The translations under genes and the position numbers were made by a program. From Williopsis jadinii (Eukaryota), in NCBI GenBank assembly GCA_024346625.1, contig AP024664.1:4464001-4528000 (forward strand): DNA of 64,000 bases, written 5' to 3'. The notes under the pieces were generated by a model. It ran no database searches and was not told the DNA's origin. It was given only the letters and a program-made list of their open reading frames with translations. This document shows, piece after piece, positions 55,584-64,000 of the stretch. Position 1 is the first letter of the stretch, and the number at the start of each line of letters is the position of its first letter.

Positions 55584-57101
55584 TCAATACACATATCTAA
55601 ACTTCTTGTTCTCAACATCTGTAAGGTCGAGGAACTCGTAGTTCTCCTGATCGTATAACTCCTCGGTGGTTTCCGGTAAAGCATCTCTCAACTTGTTATC
55701 ACGTCTGGTTAACCATCCAACCAGCAATGTCATTGGAATCGCAGCTGCCTGAGTAACCAGAATTGTGATCTTTGCTGGAATGTAACGTGGGTAAGAGTAA
55801 GCCCTGAATAATTGTGGTCCAATGATACTGGCAATGGCAAATGCTATCATCGTCAGAGCATTACGAAACAGCTTCTTGGTATAACCTGCGGTGTTTGCAC
55901 TATTCCATGCATATATAAGGGTAATGGCACACGAACCACTGTATAACAGGTAAAGACCGAACAAATTACCAATCTTGTTAGATCTTTCGAGGGATAGAAG
56001 CATAATGGCACCAACGACAGAAGGGATATACATCGAAACATGGATATATGTCAAATGACCGTATCTTGCAATGAGTTGGGTGGTTGCTAAGATACAAATG
56101 ATGATAATAACACCTATTGGTATTTGTAGCAAAATCGTTGCTTTACTATTGAAGCCAAACGTTGCTGTGATTGTTGTGGAGAAGGTACCCACAGCACCAG
56201 TGACGATCTGCGACGTAATTGTGAGTACAAGCAGAAGCCATGTATACTTGTCTTTCAATAACTCCACTATCTGGTGTCTCTTGAACTTTTTGTTCTCAAC
56301 TCCTGTTTGGTTTACCCGTACATGCTCAATGACCATTGCCTTCTCCTCGTCTGTTAAGAACCACGCATTGGTGATGTTATCAGGCAGATAGAACCAAACA
56401 AAGATTCCAAACGTCACTGTGATGAGACCGAAAACCAGGAATAGAATCTGCCATGAAGCGAATCTTGTCGTATGGACATGTTGAAAGGCAAAACTGAGCA
56501 GTGCACCGACAATAGTACCAGTACCTGATTGAATTGCCCAGTAACCAATACGCTGTGCCTGTTCTGGTTTGGTATAGTACATACCACTGATACTGATCAG
56601 ACTCACAGCAGAGCAACTCTCAAAGATACCGAGGAGAGTACGAACAACCATCAACGAGGCATAAGTGTGGCAGGCACTGTGGCAAGCAAGAACAACACCC
56701 CAGAGTATCACAAATGTTGCCAATGTGCGAGACAGTGGGAACCTTTGTAGACAGTAAGACACAAATGGTTCACCAAAGATATAGGCAGCGTTGAAGATGG
56801 TACCCAGGTTGGCGAATTCGTTACCTTTCAAGTTTTTACGAATACCCATCATGGCAGAGAAGTTCAATAACGTCTTGTCGATGAACTGGAGGAAGTAGAT
56901 GGCACACATGAAACTCAAGACGTACATATCTAGTTTCCTCAAGACATGTGTAGGCAGCTTATCCTCTGCTTGACCCACTTTCAAGTCCTGGTGCTTGTTC
57001 AAAAAGTTAAGAGCGACATCGCAGTCTTGATTAAGAGTTGAGTCTCCTGAGGAGACATCTGATGCCCTGGAATCAACAGGTTCTTTCTCCGGCTCTGACA
57101 T
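55584..57101 (-). CDS. MFS transporter, allantoate permease (Dal5/Thi73-like, ACS) family
   Basis: LRKLD, YFLQFIDKTLLN, RTLLGIFES, LPDN...AWFL, NTAGYTKK, IGPQLF, FLDLTDVENKKFRY. Confidence 0.88.
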   Translation of the reverse strand: MSEPEKEPVDSRASDVSSGDSTLNQDCDVALNFLNKHQDLKVGQAEDKLPTHVLRKLDMYVLSFMCAIYFLQFIDKTLLNFSAMMGIRKNLKGNEFANLGTIFNAAYIFGEPFVSYCLQRFPLSRTLATFVILWGVVLACHSACHTYASLMVVRTLLGIFESCSAVSLISISGMYYTKPEQAQRIGYWAIQSGTGTIVGALLSFAFQHVHTTRFASWQILFLVFGLITVTFGIFVWFYLPDNITNAWFLTDEEKAMVIEHVRVNQTGVENKKFKRHQIVELLKDKYTWLLLVLTITSQIVTGAVGTFSTTITATFGFNSKATILLQIPIGVIIIICILATTQLIARYGHLTYIHVSMYIPSVVGAIMLLSLERSNKIGNLFGLYLLYSGSCAITLIYAWNSANTAGYTKKLFRNALTMIAFAIASIIGPQLFRAYSYPRYIPAKITILVTQAAAIPMTLLVGWLTRRDNKLRDALPETTEELYDQENYEFLDLTDVENKKFRYVY

Positions 57102-58045
57102 TCAAATAGTCCAAATGAAGAGAATACTAAAGACCTATGTAAGTGGCTGTTACACAACTTGGTCTCTTTAAGGGTGTTTTATACAAATCCAATGGGCTTA
57201 ATTAACCACAACAAGAAAAAAATTTTCCTGCGTCTTCAATCTCATATCTTTAAAGACATAACCTTCTGATGAGCTTACACCTTCGGTAGGGCATATTTCC
57301 CTTGATATGCAAGGCTTTAACTGGCATTTATGCGGTTGTGGAAACGTAAAGGTGGGACGGGGATTTTAGACGGGTGTTTTGCATTGGTGTGGATTACATA
57401 AGCACCGGAATTGTCTTGCAGGGCGTGATAACGAATTCCGATGAATTTGTGTCAACTTCATGGAAGTGCGTGGATGTTTGGAAGTTTATTGTATTTGACT
57501 TATGGTTGATGGTCAATCAGTGCCGGAGAGCATAGGTGGTTGATACATGAGATTTGTGTATGACACCAGGGACAGTCGGCACAGCTTGAACATATTGGAG
57601 AGAAAGATTCGCCATTTGGTCAAGAGGACATCCCATCACCAAGCGTAACACAGTGTGGGTTGCTGAGACATAAGAAGCGTTCCGCCAGTGTAGTCCACTC
57701 GGCCACCTTGTTAGTTTTTCTTATATGCTCCAATTGACTATGGGCTTGTTCTTGTTTTCTCTGTGCTTCGTTTGCTGGTAGTTTCCCCCCCCCCCCCATA
57801 CACAGTCGCCCACCTTCTCTCACCAATGACCCATCTCCACTGGTGTGGTGTTGGGATGTGTTGTGGTGTTCGTATTGTACAACGATATGTATAGTTAAGC
57901 CTTGGTCGGACAAAGCGGGCTTTAAAACGGATATACGGCCGTCTTTTAGAGCAAGCATGACGATAACAGGAACTTGTTATGTGGGGATATAAAGCCATGG
58001 ATCACCTAGGACTTAAGTATTATCCTGTTTGCAGACCGCTAAACC

Positions 58046-58835
58046 ATGACACCACAACCAATTCTTACATTACACTGGTAAGCCGAGGTGTGTATTTCGT
58101 ACAGTCAACGCACTAACACATGAACAAAGGCTCGATCAGTCAAGAGCACAACGCATTGTCTGGCTCTTGGAGGAGCTGAACCTTGAGTACAACATCAAGA
58201 CATATAAGCGTGATAAGGACTTCCGCGCACCCCCTGCTCTCGAGCAGATTCATCCATTGGGAAAGTCACCAGTGTTGGAAATTGAGTACTTGGGTTCGGA
58301 AAAGACTAGAGCAATAGCGGAGAGTGGTCACATTGTCCAATTCCTGCTAAGAAATTTTGACAAGGATGGCCTCTTGGACCCGAAGAACGCTGAGGACTTT
58401 GACCTCGCTGAGTACCACACACATATGGCTGAAGGTACACTCCAAGCTGTCTTGACATTTGTCCTTGTTCTACGCAATGGACAGGGCAAAGCACCATGGG
58501 CTATTAGACCCATTATCAGAGGATATAACGACAAGATCATTGAGGCTTATAACGCTCCAGAAGCGATGAAGGTGTTGGACATGCTGGAATCCACCCTTGC
58601 CGAAAAGGCTAAACTGGCGACGAGTTCTTCACAGGAACTGTTCATCGTTGGCCAAAAGTTATCAGCCGCAGATATCATGTTGAGCTTCCCAGTCGCAGAG
58701 TTGTGTATATTTGAGGACAGATTGAGCACTGCAGGGTTTGATAAGGCGAAATATCCCTACCTGGTTAGATGGGCTCATCAAATCAGAGAAAGGCCGGCTT
58801 ATATAAGGGCTTTTGAGAAGACAAGTGGATACTGA
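58046..58835 (+). CDS. GTT1: Glutathione S-transferase (Gtt1-like), 2 exons (58046-58077, 58130-58835)
   Basis: Intron GTAAGC...CACTAAC...AAG gives LHWLDQSRAQRIVWLLEEL. Also IHPLGKSP, AESG, LSAADI. Confidence 0.85.
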
Positions 58836-59271
58836 TTGCTGATTTGTGCCCAACAGATTAGCTTAATCTACACATTTGCTTCTAGAATGCATAGAGTGTA
58901 TTCTCCATTGACTAAACCACTCTTCAATGCCTAAGCCATGTAAATCAATCTGCATGACTCCAATTTGCACCCAACGGAAACCTGGATAAGCAAATGAATA
59001 GTATACTCTTGCTGACACTAACAGCAACTTGTGATCACCCCATAAAAAGTTTGTAATCAGCCCATCTAAAGCACTCTCATAGCCCCGTTAAAGACCCATC
59101 AATTAGCCGTTGATGATTTTGACACATAGAACTTAAGTCCGATCCGACTCGGCCGACACACAGACTGACCACCCCTTTTACACAGCCGGGCACTGATGGT
59201 GGATAAAAGCTGTAAAAAAGCCCCCCAAAGTCTCACAACGATGGCTGTAGTGTGTCCTTATCAGCCCAGAT

Positions 59272-60525
59272 ATGAGTTCCCAACCTCTTGAGCTTTCTCT
59301 TCTACAGAGATACTTTCTTGCGAGAAACGAAGCTGGTGTGTATTCATCGTTTCTCACTGGTGCAAAGCTTGATAAACCTATTGTCAAGGATGATCTTGAA
59401 AGAGCCATAAACAGTCTTGTATCGCAGAGGAAGACTCTCAGATCAACTGTTGTTGATGGTAAGGTCCATGAGATTACGATTGTGCCATCAGATGTGACTC
59501 TGTACGTAACAGGTGACCAGGAGATGGAGGATTTGTTGAATGAAATCCACGAGACCAAATACCCCGTTGACCAGAACAAACCAATGTGGACACTGTTTGT
59601 ATACGGCAATTGGCTGATCTATGCCTGTAATCACATCTTTTCTGATGGTACAGGCTCAATTCTTGTTGTTGAAGACTTGATCAGGCTATTAAACGGTCAA
59701 GAACTCACGCCAGATGTTGATTTCTCGGCCAAATACGACAAAATCATTAAACCCTCGTGGTTGCATTTTACAAAGACGATTGTCAAGGAACTTTCCACTG
59801 TGGTGAAGTCTATTGGCAGTACAAAGAACGAATCCAGGGTCATTACTACACAGTCCTTCAAGACCCAAATTCGTATAATCAAGCTTGATAGAGGACGATT
59901 CCAAAAGATCAAGCAGTTCACCAAAAGGGAGGTGCTTTCATTTACAGAACTGTTAATGTGCTTGAACTATCTTGTTCTAGAACACCTCAGTGATGACCCA
60001 CTCATCAAGATTGATATCCCTATAAATCAACGGAGAGCTCTTGGAGATGGTAGAGCATATGGTGCGTATGTATCGTCCATCGTGTTTGAATTACCAAGAG
60101 ACATCAAGACATGGGGTGATCTCAAGACCCAAGTGAAAATCAAGCAATCGAGTATTGAGAAGTCAGTCCAGGATGTTGGGATGTTGAAGTACATTGATAT
60201 GAAGACATATATTGAAAGCAATGTGTCAAATGGCCTACAACTAAATCGTGTTGAAATCTCCAATTTAGGGCTGAGAGAGCACATCACGGGAAACTATACT
60301 GCTGATGAGTATATCTTCTCGCAGTCTTATAATCCAACACATGCAACTCTCAACAACTCTCTGATATCTTCTACAGATTGGACCACTATTGTTGTGACAG
60401 CACCACTAGAACTACCTAACTTCAAGAGGTATTTCAAGTCGATTGAACTCTTATTTGAAAAACTCTCTGACCCATCTGAAGAGACTACTATTGAGGAACT
60501 CAGAGGTTTCCTTGTTGATATATGA
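59272..60525 (+). CDS. Alcohol O-acetyltransferase / N-acetyltransferase (Atf1/Sli1-like, HxxxDG family)
   Basis: NHIFSDGTG catalytic motif, PINQRR, EISNLG, FSQ. Confidence 0.75.
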   Translation: MSSQPLELSLLQRYFLARNEAGVYSSFLTGAKLDKPIVKDDLERAINSLVSQRKTLRSTVVDGKVHEITIVPSDVTLYVTGDQEMEDLLNEIHETKYPVDQNKPMWTLFVYGNWLIYACNHIFSDGTGSILVVEDLIRLLNGQELTPDVDFSAKYDKIIKPSWLHFTKTIVKELSTVVKSIGSTKNESRVITTQSFKTQIRIIKLDRGRFQKIKQFTKREVLSFTELLMCLNYLVLEHLSDDPLIKIDIPINQRRALGDGRAYGAYVSSIVFELPRDIKTWGDLKTQVKIKQSSIEKSVQDVGMLKYIDMKTYIESNVSNGLQLNRVEISNLGLREHITGNYTADEYIFSQSYNPTHATLNNSLISSTDWTTIVVTAPLELPNFKRYFKSIELLFEKLSDPSEETTIEELRGFLVDI

Positions 60526-60834
60526 ATAGCATTCTAGCTTTCTATTCACATGAGACCATGCATGCATTTATTTACTTCTGAATGAACCTGTGAGCTCAGG
60601 ACACATTTTATCGTCTGTAGCTATTGATCAATTGGTTTTTAGAATCAAACAAGGCAACGTATACATTGAGATATGGATGCAACGTCATTATTGGTTACTT
60701 GCATCGACAGACGTAGCTGATAAAAGAACTTTCAATACACATATCAGAATCGCCTATAAAATGTATTATCATATGTAGATTGCTTAATTAATAAACCATA
60801 TCACACACAAGAACCAAGTCCCTGTTATTAAACG

Positions 60835-61314
60835 TCACATACTTCCCAGATAGTGTTGAAATTGTGGTGAGTTGATAACTTCCGCAAGCTCTTTCAAACT
60901 GAGGCGTGTTCTTCCGATGAATATATCAACAAATTTCTTGTCAGTGAGCTCTCCTCCATAGTAATCACCTCCATCGTAGTCCTCATCAGCTGGATCAGGT
61001 ATATTGTAGAAACCGAAATAAGAATTTTCGTGGTTCATGGATGAAGCACTTTCTCCTTCAGAACGGTACATGAGATTGTGTAGTTTGTTAAACTGTATAC
61101 ACTTGTTCTCTATATGAGTCTCTGCAACAATCTTTGCCTTCTTGTGACATGGCTCAAGCGTAGCCTCTGGCAGATCTTCCATTTGTTCTAAAGTACGCTT
61201 GGTGCGGGCCCTTGCAGCCTCTTTCAATGGTCTTGTTGATGGTTCAATAGTCTCCTTAGCATTCATCTCTTTGTAAATATCACTAGGTATGGAAAGAAAC
61301 AGGTTCGAAAGCAT
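60835..61314 (-). CDS. Hypothetical protein
   Basis: ATG-started 159-aa ORF with a TATA-like element at about 61340-61348 upstream. Confidence 0.5.
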   Translation of the reverse strand: MLSNLFLSIPSDIYKEMNAKETIEPSTRPLKEAARARTKRTLEQMEDLPEATLEPCHKKAKIVAETHIENKCIQFNKLHNLMYRSEGESASSMNHENSYFGFYNIPDPADEDYDGGDYYGGELTDKKFVDIFIGRTRLSLKELAEVINSPQFQHYLGSM

Positions 61315-62505
61315 TGAAGTGGGAAGAGTTATGACCCTCTTATATATAACAAAAAGTTAATGGTATACGCAACACCGCATCTTTGATGATGGGGGGGGGG
61401 CGAGCTTATCAGCTTATCGGCTTATGGCAATGGTGTGTGAACCATATCTTACGTTGTTTTAATCTCAACAAGGGGAAGTCCCATATAATATATGCTTAGT
61501 GTGCAGTATGAAGGCAACCATACAGGATTCTATTAAATGTTAACGCTGACAATTTTAAGTATACAACAGATGATAAGGATACTAATAACTGTAAAACCCC
61601 ATTAAAATTTTGATCTTTAGGAATGATGAGTCTTACAGTGCATGGGAATTTGATTCAGCTCCTGTGTAAGTGATGGAATGTCAGGACTTGGGAATGTGCT
61701 ACCTAGATTGGCTTAGTATTCCATGCTCTGTACAAGTAGGTTATTGGAAATAAGTCTGAATAGTATACGTCCTCCTTCTGAGATTGCACCTAAAATAGAC
61801 ATTGAAACGAAAGAAATGTATAACCTAGGACATGTTGCCTCCCTTTGCAGGATGTCAACATGTGTGGTTTAAGAGCCATGGATATCCATCTATCCTACAA
61901 CCATTTTCACACTGAAAGCTTGGTCTGTCCTAGTGTATAGATCACGTTTTGATTGCATTGTCAAAGACTCATTGAAGTCAGGGATACAATTGTGGTATTA
62001 AGGTGGCTAAAAGTGGACCAGTGCTTGTTTTCGAGTCTAATCACACGGTCTTATCTGGGTAGTTTACATCAGCAGCTGCACCAAAGAAATGGATACAGTG
62101 GTGGCCCTTTCACATTCATAGATCCATGACGGTCTTCATTGAAACAGCACAGTACATATCATCAGAGTTTGAATTGCCCTTTGCTTCGGAGACTAAGAGA
62201 GGCCCAAGTTCTCTCCGTATTACTTCCAGAAGTATATTTGTACAACTCAGGCCTTCAGTGCCAGTCATGTTGGAGTTCAACGTTACAATTCATGTTTCCT
62301 TTTATGTTCAACCTAATCAGCATAATTGTTGAGGGCCAAGATGGCTCTTTTACTGTTGAAGGAAGCAACGCTCTTCCAATATGAAATTAATAAAGCAAGC
62401 TCACTTCCCAATATATATATTGAGCTAGAGATCTCGCTAATACAATGAAATTTGAAGCTCTACTAAGTGATATACTTAGAATAGATATATGGATATGAAA
62501 AAGAG

Positions 62506-63858
62506 CTACTTGGCAGTAAACTCTGCCTGTAGAACGTGTCTTTTAGTGTCCCAACTCTTCACCTTAGCTTCGTACTGCTCCTTGGACTCCCCATTCCAGC
62601 TTGTATTGTGAATTGGATGAGACTTTGGGAAATAAGTTTTCGCTTCATCACCGTATGCGTTTTGTCTAAACGTACCTCCTGGAACAGCGTACTCTTTACG
62701 GAAAAGGCCTCGCTTTTGAAGCTCTGGCACTATAAGATCAACAAAATCAGCTAGACTCTCATGGTTGACTGGGAAAATCAAGTTGAAACCATCGATGTCG
62801 ACTTCATTTAAATAACCTTCAAACCAGTCTGCAATTTCAATAGGTGTGCCAACAAGAGATGTGACCTTCAATCCTTTGTCAATGATTTGACGTTTGGTTT
62901 GATATTTACCATCACGTTTAACGTAGTTCTGAGTGACTGATTGCCCACCTTCTGTCTTTGTCAACACAATTGGTTCATCCCATTCAAACTGTTCCAAGTC
63001 GATGTGTGATTGGCCTCCAAATCCAATACCTGGTGCATCCTGGAATACATGTTGTCTAATCAGTTCAACTTTCTTCTCAGCATCCTCCTTTGTAATGGCT
63101 ACCACCGGAGTTGCCATTGTCAATATTTTCACACCTTTTGGATCTCTTCCATAGTGAACTGCAAGGTCTCTTATTGATTTGATATCAGCATTCGCCTTGG
63201 CACGGTCCCATGCGTTAATGAATATGGCTTCTGCATTTTCAATTCCCAAGAACTTCCCTTGGGAGCTTGTACCAGCCTGAATCAAAAATGGCAACCTTTG
63301 TGGGGACTGTGGCCATTTAGAGTGTCTTTGTCCAACAATTGAGCGAACCACAGTATCAACATAGGCTGTAGCATTATCATACCGCTCTTGATGCGAGGGT
63401 AATTTCCCACCGTTTAACAATTGACGTCCAACAGCCGGTGCATACGACGTTACAATGTTCCAGCCGACTCGCCCTTTAGTTGCATGGTCTAAACTCCAAA
63501 GCCGTTTGGCAAATAACTCTGGGTTTTCCTTAACAGTGGAGAATGTTATTCCAAAGCCCAGGGTCGTGGTGGCCTCAGCCATAGCGGAAACCAGCACTCC
63601 TGGATCTATCTTTGGGATGAAGTATCCCCCAGATGCAGGAAGCTTCCAATTGTTTGGTCCTTTGTACACATCATAGTAAGCCAGATAGTCTGCAAAAAAC
63701 ACCGCATTGAACTTCCCTCTCTCTGCAATCCTGGCAAGTTCTTGCCAGTATTCGATAGTGTCAAAGTCCTTAGACTCGTCCAATGGATGACTCCATTCAC
63801 CAGAGGTAAGGGCCGGAGATGCGTGTATGAACACGTTGAGGATGAGATCTCGAGCCAT
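62506..63858 (-). CDS. Bacterial-luciferase-like FMNH2-dependent monooxygenase (NtaA/SnaA/DszA family)
   Basis: WQELARIAERGKFNAVFFAD, LDHATKGRVGWNIVTS, SPQRLPFLIQAGTSSQG, IDGFNL, VPELQKRGLFRKEY. Confidence 0.88.
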   Translation of the reverse strand: MARDLILNVFIHASPALTSGEWSHPLDESKDFDTIEYWQELARIAERGKFNAVFFADYLAYYDVYKGPNNWKLPASGGYFIPKIDPGVLVSAMAEATTTLGFGITFSTVKENPELFAKRLWSLDHATKGRVGWNIVTSYAPAVGRQLLNGGKLPSHQERYDNATAYVDTVVRSIVGQRHSKWPQSPQRLPFLIQAGTSSQGKFLGIENAEAIFINAWDRAKANADIKSIRDLAVHYGRDPKGVKILTMATPVVAITKEDAEKKVELIRQHVFQDAPGIGFGGQSHIDLEQFEWDEPIVLTKTEGGQSVTQNYVKRDGKYQTKRQIIDKGLKVTSLVGTPIEIADWFEGYLNEVDIDGFNLIFPVNHESLADFVDLIVPELQKRGLFRKEYAVPGGTFRQNAYGDEAKTYFPKSHPIHNTSWNGESKEQYEAKVKSWDTKRHVLQAEFTAK

Positions 63859-64000
63859 TCTTAGTCTCACAGCATCGAGTAGAAAATCTTGACTTGTGGA
63901 TATCGGTGACCTTTATATGTGGATATCGGTGGGCTGTATACGTGTGAGATCTACAATCAACCACAGGTAGGGCTTATTAGACAGAAACGGAGATGTATGC

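Noticed and set aside
61430..62500. Pseudogene or solo LTR in the long intergenic gap
   Set aside because: Only short ORFs with no recognisable motifs or terminal repeats.

Overview
Budding-yeast (Saccharomycotina) chromosomal DNA, gene-dense and fairly intron-rich. CTG occurs at conserved Leu positions, so this is not the CUG-Ser clade; a Cyberlindnera/Wickerhamomyces-like yeast is my guess. Most of the window is housekeeping genes: DNA2 (partial), DNF3, an SNF2 helicase, PRE5, SCY1, TRM10, PFK27, a GH17 glucanase, URK1, PFS2, MZM1, TPT1, CLA4, ACR3, DOA1, SAC1, TRP3, a Yra1/Yra2-family gene and MIR1. A catabolic/detoxification block follows at the right end. Two accessory elements stand out. 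(1) An intron-containing ~1918-aa gene (26247-32055, minus) carries the ordered motif series of a CACTA/EnSpm (Tnp2, Transposase_21-type) transposase. Its third catalytic residue appears to be Lys instead of Glu. It lies between the divergent PFS2 and MZM1 genes, with a 30-bp-period repeat array on one side and a candidate 10-bp inverted repeat at both ends. (2) An intact, repeat-expanded Ty3/gypsy gag ORF with no pol and no recognisable LTRs sits directly upstream of an intron-containing tRNA-Arg(ACG). All family calls are from motif recognition by eye; no searches were run.
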